13,491 nucleotides of DNA. Origin: Candidatus Hodarchaeota archaeon (GTDB taxonomy: Archaea > Asgardarchaeota > Lokiarchaeia > Sigyniarchaeales > SOKP01). The notes beneath the pieces were generated by a model. That model saw nothing but the letters and a program-made list of their open reading frames with translations. It searched no databases and had not been told where the DNA came from. Both the position numbers and the translations under genes were made by a program. Of the stretch, positions 1 to 7,648 are shown piece after piece. The stretch covers positions 1-13,491 of the forward strand of contig JBHLKM010000035.1 in the NCBI GenBank assembly GCA_048886685.1. Reading direction: 5' to 3'. How positions within the stretch are numbered: position 1 is the first letter of the stretch; every line of letters starts with the position of its first letter.

Positions 1-851
1 ACAGATGCGAATATTATGGCAACTGTAATCGCAGACGTATCAATAATCGCGACTGTCGTTTCCTCAGGAACTAATAAGGTCCATGTTGACAAAATACTTG
101 TTTCTGCAGTGAGATAACCATCTTGATTCGTTGTCGGGATGGTGTACCATTCTTCACTTTCATTATTATAATAAGCCCACTGACTTAGTCGGTTCTGATT
201 AGTTTCTCTGATTCTTAATCTTGCTTTTAGAAAGGTTCCATTATGGGGACATTCGGAATTGCATTTACACTCCGAATCACATTTGCATTGGCAGTCACAT
301 TCGCAATTACATACAGGTTCGCATTCACATGGGCAATCACATATACAAGGACATTCTGATTCACAATTGCATACACAATTACAGGAGCACACACATTTAG
401 GGTCACATTTACATTCACAACAACAAATTGCAGTAGATTTCATTGTAATACAAAAACCTTCAAAATAACGATATGTATTTCTATTTCTCACTCTATGTAG
501 ACTTCCATTCATTAAACCGAGTTGTGCTTCCTCTCTGGTACATTTCATAGTCATTTTAAGGTCATCATCTCCTTCAACTTCAATAATGACATCTTTATAT
601 CCTATTTCTATAGCATCACAGTTAATATTCAATTCTAAGCCAACATTGGCACAAATTGTTAATTTTGTTCTTTCCTGAAACCAAAACATAGTTCTGATAT
701 TACTTTGTAGTTGTGTTTGAATCGTATCACCTTGAACTGTTACTGTTTGATCTGGAGTTTCAATTGCCCTTACATTAACAGATCCTACTAATGAAAGCAC
801 AATCAACACCATGACACCACTTAATAATATCTTACTAAAACTTTTTTGCAT
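1..851 (-). CDS. Secreted/membrane-anchored protein with metallothionein-like Cys-rich (CxC repeat) insert; 3' end runs off the window
   Basis: Absent from the ORF track because there is no stop in the window. Manual translation from ATG 851 is open for 283 codons: signal peptide MQKSFSKILLSGVMVLIVLSLVGSVNVRA, then ...TYRYFEGFCITMKSTAI-CCCECKCDPKCVCSCNCVCNCESECPCICDCPCECEPVCNCECDCQCKCDSECKCNSEC-PHNGTFLKARLRIRETNQNRLSQWAYYNNESEEWYTIPTTNQDGYLTAETSILSTWTLLVPEE..., ending in hydrophobic AITVAIIFAS (probable TM start). GGTGA SD-like motif at 858-862. Confidence 0.9.
   Translation of the reverse strand, partial: MQKSFSKILLSGVMVLIVLSLVGSVNVRAIETPDQTVTVQGDTIQTQLQSNIRTMFWFQERTKLTICANVGLELNINCDAIEIGYKDVIIEVEGDDDLKMTMKCTREEAQLGLMNGSLHRVRNRNTYRYFEGFCITMKSTAICCCECKCDPKCVCSCNCVCNCESECPCICDCPCECEPVCNCECDCQCKCDSECKCNSECPHNGTFLKARLRIRETNQNRLSQWAYYNNESEEWYTIPTTNQDGYLTAETSILSTWTLLVPEETTVAIIDTSAITVAIIFAS
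249..425 (-). repeat. Cys-rich coding repeat, 14-aa (42-nt) period: (CxCxCxCxCxC-xxx)n
   Basis: Units: CCCECKC-DPK / CVCSCNCVCNC-ESE / CPCICDCPCEC-EPV / CNCECDCQCKC-DSE / CKC-NSE-C. 26 Cys in 59 codons, counted by hand. Confidence 0.9.
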
Positions 852-959
852 TAAAAATCACCAAATTTTAAATCAAAGAATAATTTGAATTTAAAATAAA
901 AAGGATTAAGGTATAACTTTCCCCAATAAGATTGAATCTCAAAATTAAAACTAAGGAAA

Positions 960-1127
960 ATGAAAATCCTTAGAGAATCTATCGAAATTAATATTTCTCC
1001 CGAAGTTATTTGGGATTTGTTATTACACATAGCAGAAAATTACCTAGAATGACATCCTTCTCACATAAAGGATAAATGGGAAACAGAAATAGCTAAAGAT
1101 GTATCCTTTTCTAATGCGGTATCTTGA
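960..1127 (+). pseudogene. SRPBCC (START/polyketide-cyclase-like) family N-terminal remnant
   Basis: ATG 960: MKILRESIEINISPEVIWDLLLHIAENYLE*HPSHIKDKWETEIAKDVSFSNAVS*. Matches the SRPBCC start pattern (SIEIxxxPExxW...YxxWHPxH). In-frame TGA at 1050-1052 sits where the Trp of WHP is expected; the rest of the domain is missing. Confidence 0.6.
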
Positions 1128-1218
1128 AGGGTTAAATAAGGCTCTGGGCGATGATAAAAAGAAAATCGATAAATGGGAAAAAGATTTAAGAAAATATTTA
1201 ACTAATTTAAGTGATTGA
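1099..1218 (+). other. Short ORF or C-terminal gene fragment (39 aa) abutting the DUF166 start
   Basis: MYPFLMRYLEGLNKALGDDKKKIDKWEKDLRKYLTNLSD*. Protein-like helical composition; the stop lies 1 nt before ATG 1220, as in an operon junction. Confidence 0.3.
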
Positions 1219-1219
1219 A

Positions 1220-1906
1220 ATGAAAATCGGACTAATTTCAGATGGAAAGTATGGCGAGAGAGCATTTGAAAATTTCAAACGAGAATTTGAAGTTATTTGG
1301 ATAAAGGTCCCAGAGATTCCCTCAAATATAATATTAGATGAAATTGTTAACGTTAATATTCCCGATTGCGATCTCTACATCTCTTACATAAGACATCCAG
1401 ATTTAATCCTACAAATAGCAGAACTTCAAAAGCCACTGATTTTAGGAATCACGCCCGGTCTTGGTTTAGCTGAACAAGCAAAAAGAATTAATCCTAAAGT
1501 AATTAGCCCAAGAACTATGTGTTCATTAGAACCTAACACAGGTATTGACGAAATAGATGAGTTTGCACTCTATTTTGGAAGACCAAAGTACGAAGTATTA
1601 ACCAATTCTCAAGGTTTAGTACGAGCTATTAAAGTGAATCGTTCTTCTCCGTGTGGTTCTTCTTTAGCGAGTGCTAATTTCATAAAAAGTAAATCAATAA
1701 AATTGAACAATCTTCAAAACTTTGCTTTGGCAGTATGCCATGAATGTAGAGCACCTCGTTTTGGTCATACTTGCGATAAAGAAATTTCTGGAATGATTCA
1801 TATAATATCATTAATCAATAGTGTTCAATTTGATGGATTAGATCCAGAAACTGCTGATTTTATTGTAAAAATTAACAAAGAATATAATGCTCGAATTAAA
1901 AATTAG
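1220..1906 (+). CDS. DUF166 family protein (conserved Cys motifs, function unknown)
   Basis: N-terminal ISDGKYGERA, internal HPDL, PRTMCSL, FGRPKYEV, RSSPCGSS and C-terminal CHECRAPRFGHTCDK. ATG 1220 is preferred over GTG 1211 because GTGA at 1211-1214 looks like the SD. Confidence 0.75.
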   Translation: MKIGLISDGKYGERAFENFKREFEVIWIKVPEIPSNIILDEIVNVNIPDCDLYISYIRHPDLILQIAELQKPLILGITPGLGLAEQAKRINPKVISPRTMCSLEPNTGIDEIDEFALYFGRPKYEVLTNSQGLVRAIKVNRSSPCGSSLASANFIKSKSIKLNNLQNFALAVCHECRAPRFGHTCDKEISGMIHIISLINSVQFDGLDPETADFIVKINKEYNARIKN

Positions 1907-2024
1907 AATCTAGAATTTCATGGGTTTATATTTTCTAAAATCATATCTTGTGATGATTTCACCTCGAAGGAATTGTAGTTGTTTCAGAAAGTTTAATATA
2001 GAAACAAGGAATTAAGCTACGATT

Positions 2025-3395
2025 CTATTTCATATAATCATTGTATTCGGGTATAAATCCTTCTTTCATTAATAGCTTAAATTCCGATTGAGAATTTTCA
2101 ATTAATTTTTTTGCGGTTGAATATAATTCTTCTTCTGAAAGTTTAAGGCGGGCTATTCCTTGTTCAATTGCTTTTAAGCCAGTAGTAACAGCTTCTCTGA
2201 TGAATGATTCTTCATAATCCATGGTCGGAAGGATACATGTCTCTGTTAAACCCCCTTTAATCTCATCAACTAAATTTGCTAGAGCATAAGAAGCTGCAAT
2301 GCACATCTCATCAGTAATAGTTTTAGCGCATACATCTAAGGTTCCTCTAAATACTCCTGGGAAACATAGAGAATTATTTACTTGATTTGGAAAATCAGAT
2401 CGTCCTGTTCCTACAATTCTCGCACCAGCTTCTAATGCATCCCATGGAAATATTTCTGGAATTGGATTCGCTAAGGTGAAAACTATCGCATCATCAGCCA
2501 TTTTTGAAATCCATTCCTTCTTAATGACATCAGGACCTGGAATACTAGAAGATATAAGAATATCAGCTCCTTCCATTGCTATACCACAATCACCCTGCAA
2601 TTGTTCTGGATTACTAAAATCAATTAATTCAAGTTTATAATCATGAGTATCTCTTAAATCCGTTCTATCCTTATATAAAATTCCTTTCGAATCTACAAAT
2701 ATAAATTTTTTTAAATTAAATCCATCGGTTTTTAATAATCGAAAAATTCCGAAATTTGCAGCACCAGCTCCATTAAAGACAATCTTCACTTCACTTTTCT
2801 TCTTTCCTACTATTCGTAATGAATTTATTAATGCAGCAAGAGTTACACATGCAGTTCCTTGTTGATCATCATGCCATACGGGAATTTCTATTTCTGGGTC
2901 TGCACGGATTCCATCTAAAACAGAAAAGCATTTGGGTTTTTCAATATCTTCTAAATTTATACCCCCAAATGAAGGTTGAATCAATTTTACAAATTCTATA
3001 ATCTGATCAGCATCGCAACATGTTTCTTTACCAATACATAAGGGAACGGCATCAACACCACCTAAATATTTGAACAATAAAGATTTTCCTTCCATCACCG
3101 GTAAAGCTGCTTCAGGACCAATATCTCCAAGACCTAAAACTCTTGTTCCGTCACTTACAATAGCAATAGAATTCCATTTATTTGTATATTCATACACTTT
3201 TTGTTTATCTTTAAAAATTTCGGAAGAGGGTGCTGATACTCCAGGAGAATACCATATCGAAAAGTCATGATAATCTCGAATTTGACAACGAGGAAGTACC
3301 TCTATTTTACCCCTGTAGAACTTATGCATTTTGATTGCATTAAGTCCAGGAATTTTTGATTTTCTCAATAGTTCTTCTTTAGTTAATTTTTTCAT
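2025..3395 (-). CDS. mae: NAD(P)-dependent malic enzyme (short prokaryotic type, no PTA fusion)
   Basis: Motifs YSPGV, SDGTRVLGLGDIGPEAALPVMEGKSLLFKYLGGVD, GINLEDI, WHDDQQGTA, NGAGAA (Rossmann), ANPIPEI, TGRSDFPNQVNNSLCFPGVFRG. Confidence 0.96.
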   Translation of the reverse strand: MKKLTKEELLRKSKIPGLNAIKMHKFYRGKIEVLPRCQIRDYHDFSIWYSPGVSAPSSEIFKDKQKVYEYTNKWNSIAIVSDGTRVLGLGDIGPEAALPVMEGKSLLFKYLGGVDAVPLCIGKETCCDADQIIEFVKLIQPSFGGINLEDIEKPKCFSVLDGIRADPEIEIPVWHDDQQGTACVTLAALINSLRIVGKKKSEVKIVFNGAGAANFGIFRLLKTDGFNLKKFIFVDSKGILYKDRTDLRDTHDYKLELIDFSNPEQLQGDCGIAMEGADILISSSIPGPDVIKKEWISKMADDAIVFTLANPIPEIFPWDALEAGARIVGTGRSDFPNQVNNSLCFPGVFRGTLDVCAKTITDEMCIAASYALANLVDEIKGGLTETCILPTMDYEESFIREAVTTGLKAIEQGIARLKLSEEELYSTAKKLIENSQSEFKLLMKEGFIPEYNDYMK

Positions 3396-3501
3396 AAAAA
3401 AATAAAATACCTCTGAATTATAATAAATTTGATTATATTACATAAATACATTTAATATATCTATTACTTTGCTTAAAAAGTTTAATATCTAAGGGAATCA
3501 C

Positions 3502-3700
3502 TCACTCATGGGGTATTAAAAACATCAAGAGTATAATAATTATTACCTAACAGAGGAAAATTGATGCTCAAATAATAGATTTCTTTTGGCTTTTCTCCTT
3601 TACTAGTTCTACCATGAGCTCAGTAGTAGCAATGTACAAAAAACCAATCACTCCAGAAACTATAAATCACTAAAACCATAATATAATCCCAAGTACTCAT
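3502..3700 (-). pseudogene. ZIP (ZupT/GufA-like) metal transporter remnant, internally deleted
   Basis: Minus frame 3666..3502: FIVSGVIGFLYIATTELMVELVKEKSQKKSII*ASIFLC*VIIIILLMFLIPHE*. Resembles the ZIP TM7-TM8 signature (GxFLYIAxxELxPEL...KKS). Stops at 3570-3568 and 3549-3547. ATG 3700 (MSTWDYIMVLV) is in another frame. Confidence 0.5.
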
Positions 3701-3974
3701 TTCTTTAATTCTTTCCATGCTAGCCTAGATGTACAAAACTATGAAGGAAAAAAAAGAATTTTATATTTGAATCTAAGTTGATCAGCCTATTTAAGACTTA
3801 TTCTAGTACTATCTCTTCTGTATACTCCGTGAATAAATCCAATAATTTTACTAGTAATTTCAATAATTTACAGGTGAAAAAGATGGAATCCCTTTTATAT
3901 TGAAAAAAATATAATATTCTACATGATCAAAATTGATCACACATCTTAAAAAAACAAAACAAAATGAAATCAAC

Positions 3975-5357
3975 ATGCAAAAAAAAATCGTAATAACGAG
4001 TTGGATATTAACTGCATTAGCACTATCGATCATACTTCCTGTAATAGCGGTGAGCGCCAAAAAACCAGAATATATCACCAGCGACTCCGTCTACATCAAT
4101 GATGCCGTTGAAGGTTGTTCCTGGGAAGATTGGAGCGCACAACCGTGGTTGAAAGGATCAGGTACAGAAGAAGATCCCTACATGATTAAAGATCTCACCA
4201 TTGAGGTAAGCGGTCCTGTGTTTGCCCTGATGATCTACGGATCAAGCGTCCATTTTAAGATAATGAAGTGCACTTTCCGCAACATAGGAGGGCAAGGAAC
4301 TGCGGCACTTGTATTACTCGGAACGCAAAACGGAGTTGTCTTTAAAAACACGTTCTATGGAAGCAATACGGGAATTGCCTTAATTGGATCGGAGCACAAC
4401 GTAATCCAGAAGAATTTTTGTTATGAAAATGTTATTGGGATTTATAACCAATGGGGTATGTTCAATACTATTACGCAAAACGACTGTATTAACAACTTTG
4501 GTTCGGGTATTGTGATCGACTCAGCTCATAAGACATTAATTGAGCGGAACGTCTGCATGGGAAACATTAAAGCAGGCATTGCGTTGATAACTCAAAATGA
4601 AGAAAACACCCCTAAAGATAACCTGATTTACGCAAATACGTTGAAAAACAACCAAGTTGGAATTTACTTAAACGATTCGGATAAAAACGATATGTTTAGA
4701 AATACGATTGCACAAAACGCGGTCGGGATCATGTTTGACGTGGGATCCCAAGAAAACACAGTGTACCATAATAACATCGTCAATAATGGCATGCAAACCA
4801 TTGATTATCAACCGTTGATGAACAATTGGTATCATCCTTTCATGTTAGAAGGAAATTACTGGTCGGATTATGCAGGTGTAGATGAGAACGAAGATGGTAT
4901 CGGGGACACTCCTCGTGGGTATGATGGATATCCGCTCATGGGAAAAGACGGCTGGGACTTTTATACTCCTGAGGAACAGGAAATTCTAGACGCCTTCTTC
5001 AACAATATTAATCGGTTAGGAGCCGACCGCACCGTGAATGGAAGTGAGACCAGCTACATTATCTACGGTGTCATTCAGTTATTTTCTGAAAGAATGAACG
5101 GGGAAGCAAATCCTCCCTATAGTATGAGGATCAATGGAAATGAAGTGTCAGATTCCGTGTGGTATTTTCAAGAGGAATCTGCTTTTGGAGAACCAGGTTT
5201 AAACCAATATTTCTACCTGAAATTACCTCCTAATTTTCTCTTTGATGTAATGGGGCTTACTCCGGGATACTGGAAATATTTCGTAGAATTGAGTTGGTAT
5301 ATGGGCGAGGATTTGTTCACAGATAGTTTCTGGACGGGCTTCACCTTAATTCAATAA
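3975..5357 (+). CDS. Secreted right-handed parallel beta-helix (NosD/CASH, pectin-lyase-like) protein
   Basis: Signal peptide MQKKIVITSWILTALALSIILPVIAVSA from ATG 3975 (the track start 3933 is TTG). GSGTEEDPYMI motif, repeated GIxLxxSxxNxIxxNxxxxN PbH1 units, and NosD-type GNYWSDYAGVDENEDGIGDTP, followed by an unassigned C-terminal domain. Confidence 0.85.
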   Translation: MQKKIVITSWILTALALSIILPVIAVSAKKPEYITSDSVYINDAVEGCSWEDWSAQPWLKGSGTEEDPYMIKDLTIEVSGPVFALMIYGSSVHFKIMKCTFRNIGGQGTAALVLLGTQNGVVFKNTFYGSNTGIALIGSEHNVIQKNFCYENVIGIYNQWGMFNTITQNDCINNFGSGIVIDSAHKTLIERNVCMGNIKAGIALITQNEENTPKDNLIYANTLKNNQVGIYLNDSDKNDMFRNTIAQNAVGIMFDVGSQENTVYHNNIVNNGMQTIDYQPLMNNWYHPFMLEGNYWSDYAGVDENEDGIGDTPRGYDGYPLMGKDGWDFYTPEEQEILDAFFNNINRLGADRTVNGSETSYIIYGVIQLFSERMNGEANPPYSMRINGNEVSDSVWYFQEESAFGEPGLNQYFYLKLPPNFLFDVMGLTPGYWKYFVELSWYMGEDLFTDSFWTGFTLIQ

Positions 5358-5373
5358 ATGGCTTTTATGCCAC

Positions 5374-5388
5374 TTTTTTTTATTTTTT
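5374..5388 (+). terminator. T-rich archaeal-type terminator after the beta-helix gene
   Basis: tttttttt-a-tttttt tract starting about 16 nt after stop 5357. Confidence 0.45.
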
Positions 5389-5426
5389 GCTCCAATCTTT
5401 TTAAGCTACCGTTAGTAGCCCGTCGT

Positions 5427-5636
5427 ATGCAACTCATTTGCGATCAGGTTAGAGCCCCCGCAGGATGGAGATTCCAAGAATGTAGTTCTGAAAAGGTTAT
5501 CTTAAAAAGAACCAAGAAGGTCGGGGAGTGGAAATTTGACGCCTTGTCTGATCTGCTTGATTACGTGCAATACGCTAAAAAAACCAAAAATCCTAAAGAA
5601 TCCTGGGAAGTAATCATGTATAATGAATACAGCTAA
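5427..5636 (+). other. Short hypothetical ORF or gene remnant
   Basis: MQLICDQVRAPAGWRFQECSSEKVILKRTKKVGEWKFDALSDLLDYVQYAKKTKNPKESWEVIMYNEYS. Protein-like but no recognisable family. The track start at 5358 runs through the T-tract. Confidence 0.25.
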
Positions 5637-5674
5637 ACGGTGCCTGAAGGCATAAAACAATCACGGAAAGGATT

Positions 5675-5849
5675 GCAAAGATCTTTAGGAATTTTTCCTT
5701 AAAGATGTTCAAGAAAATTATCTCTTGAAATATACTCCAAGGATCCTTTTCTCTTTTCAATAATCTTAAAATGTAAGAACTTTTACAAAAGGTTGGAAAC
5801 AGACAATATTGTAAAATTTAAATGTTTAAATTTTATATTAAAATTAGAA
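5675..5849 (+). repeat. Direct repeat copy 1 (~175 bp), upstream of the cdc48-like gene
   Basis: gcaaagatctttag...aattagaa aligns to 7333..7506 with 12 substitutions and 1 indel (~93%, manual alignment). Confidence 0.95.
5810..5834 (+). promoter_or_regulatory. Putative TATA-box region inside the repeat
   Basis: TGTAAAA-TTTAAA-TG-TTTAAA-TTT (TTTAAA at 5817 and 5825), about 40-55 nt upstream of the 5871 start. Conserved in copy 2 (7474, 7482). Confidence 0.45.
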
Positions 5850-5870
5850 TGAACATGCATTTTTTAAAAT

Positions 5871-7313
5871 GTGTTAAAAGTGGTAAAAGACAAAACAGTT
5901 AGAAAGAGAGCAAAACTCAGAGTCGAACGTCTTGAAAAAAGCAGAGGCGGTCGTTCTTTATGTTATATTCATCAAGATGTAATGATTGATTTAGGGTTAC
6001 ATACGGGTGATATCATCGAAATTAGGGGAAAGAAAAAAACTACTGGTATTGCCGTTTTGAATTCTGCTTATAGAGGAAAAGGAATTATAAGATTAGATGG
6101 TCTTCAGAGACTTAACGCAGGAGCAACCATTGGCGAGTATGTTTCATTAAAGAAAACAAAAGTATATCCTGCAATTGAAATTGTTTTAACTCCTACAAGA
6201 TCAAATATAGATTTAAAAAGACAAGCAGATGCGATTAAAAGTAAATTAATTGATAAACCAGTAGTAATTGGTGATATAGTTGATGTTTTTGGGACTTTTG
6301 TTCAAAGAGAAGATCATGACAATCGTATGTCTGATCTTATGAAAATGTTTCAACTTGGTTCAAAAAGAAGGGCAACTTTAGGAACATTAAGGTTTATCGT
6401 TGAAGATTTGAAACCATCAGATAAAGTCGTAAAAATAACTCGAGATACTATAATAAAAGTAAATAAACGGGTTGCGGTTTTAAATAAAGTAGGTGGGAAG
6501 GTTACCTATAGCGATGTAGGAGGATTATCTGATGAAATTTATAGGATTCGAGAAATAGTTGAATTACCTTTAAAACATCCAGAATTATTCCAAAAATTAA
6601 GAATAACTCCACTTCAAGGCATTTTACTATACGGTCCCCCCGGAGTCGGGAAAACTTTATTAGTTAAAGCAATTTCACAAGAAACAGGAGTAAATTTTAT
6701 TGATATTAGTGGCCCAGAGATTTATAGTAAATTTTCTGGAGAGACTGAAGGAAAGCTTCGTGAAATATTCAGAAATGCAGAAGAAAATGCCCCATCAATA
6801 ATATTTTTTGATAAAATAGATGTTATTGCTCCAAAAGAAAAGGTTCATACTGATAAATTGGATAGGAGAGTTATCGCGCAACTTTTAATTCTGATGGATG
6901 GACTCCGTGGTAGAGGTGAAGTTATTATAATAGCGGAGACGAATAGAATTGATGATATTGATCCTGCATTAAGGCGCCCAGGGAGATTTGATAGAGAAAT
7001 CGAAATTAAACCTCCTGATACTAAGGGAAGATTAGAAATTTTAAAAATTCACACCCGCGAAATGCCTTTGGATGAGGATGTTGATCTTCAAATAATCGCA
7101 GAAAGAACCCAAGGGTTTGTTGGGGCTGATCTTGAGGCTTTGGTAAAGGAAGCGGCAATTTTAGAGATGAAAGAAGTTTTACCAAAAATAAAAGAAGATA
7201 TATCTATTCCAGCAGATACTTTAGATGATCTTCAAATCAGGATGGAGCATTTTCTTACTGCCTTAGGAAGCATGAGCCCTTCAACTCTTAGACAAATGCT
7301 AACAAAACCTTAA
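5871..7313 (+). CDS. cdc48: Cdc48/p97/VAT-family protein, N-domain plus a single AAA module, degenerate Walker B
   Basis: N-domain ([29 protein letters not shown]), [23 protein letters not shown], Walker A GPPGVGKT (6633-6656), Walker B IIFFDKID (AAA at 6813), [26 protein letters not shown]. Ends at the D1-D2 linker (PSTLRQ); no D2. Confidence 0.92.
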   Translation: MLKVVKDKTVRKRAKLRVERLEKSRGGRSLCYIHQDVMIDLGLHTGDIIEIRGKKKTTGIAVLNSAYRGKGIIRLDGLQRLNAGATIGEYVSLKKTKVYPAIEIVLTPTRSNIDLKRQADAIKSKLIDKPVVIGDIVDVFGTFVQREDHDNRMSDLMKMFQLGSKRRATLGTLRFIVEDLKPSDKVVKITRDTIIKVNKRVAVLNKVGGKVTYSDVGGLSDEIYRIREIVELPLKHPELFQKLRITPLQGILLYGPPGVGKTLLVKAISQETGVNFIDISGPEIYSKFSGETEGKLREIFRNAEENAPSIIFFDKIDVIAPKEKVHTDKLDRRVIAQLLILMDGLRGRGEVIIIAETNRIDDIDPALRRPGRFDREIEIKPPDTKGRLEILKIHTREMPLDEDVDLQIIAERTQGFVGADLEALVKEAAILEMKEVLPKIKEDISIPADTLDDLQIRMEHFLTALGSMSPSTLRQMLTKP

Positions 7314-7332
7314 AGTTTTAAAGAATGAAATA

Positions 7333-7506
7333 GCAAAGATCTTTAGTAATTTTACCTTAAAGATGTTCAAGAAAATTATCTCTTGAAATATACTCCAAGG
7401 ATCCTTTTCTCTTTTAATAATCTTATAATGATAGAGCTTTTACAAAAGGTTGGAAATAGACAATAATGTAAAATTTAAATGTTTAAATTTGTTAATATAA
7501 TTAGAA
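7333..7506 (+). repeat. Direct repeat copy 2 (~174 bp), between the cdc48-like and Rab-like genes
   Basis: Same alignment as copy 1; begins after a 19-nt gap following the cdc48 stop; period 1658 bp. Confidence 0.95.
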
Positions 7507-7648
7507 GGAAAAGAAAGAGAATCCTGCCTTGTAGAAGTTAAATTTTAATTTCTATAAATCGAGATTTTTTGAATAGAAATGGGATTATTAAGTAAGTGGA
7601 GGATTATTAATTCAGGGTTTAGAATTAATGATCAATTGTAGTGAAAAG

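Noticed and set aside
227-418. NV/YV-repeat ORF on the minus strand
   Set aside because: Alternative-frame reading of the CxC repeat.
259-468. His/Gln-rich ORF (HxH repeats) that looks like a metal-binding peptide
   Set aside because: Antisense shadow: N-TG in the Cys codon run reverse-complements to CAN (His/Gln). It has a TTG start and lies within the real minus-strand gene.
1050-1052. In-frame TGA as selenocysteine
   Set aside because: The position corresponds to Trp of the WHP motif, the frame ends 25 codons later, and no SECIS could be identified.
1938-1959. AAATCAT-N8-ATGATTT hairpin between convergent genes
   Set aside because: A 7-bp AT-rich stem is plausible by chance, and archaeal termination usually relies on T-tracts.
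1-5357. A unified metal-homeostasis island (Cys ladder, DUF166, ZIP remnant, NosD-like)
   Set aside because: Genes are in mixed orientations and interrupted by malic enzyme. NosD-like here denotes only a beta-helix fold, not copper binding.
5675-7506. Repeats as integron attC sites, IS ends or a CRISPR array
   Set aside because: No RYYYAAC/GTTRRRY end cores, terminal inverted repeats, integrase or transposase were seen. There are only two long copies and no repeat-spacer pattern.
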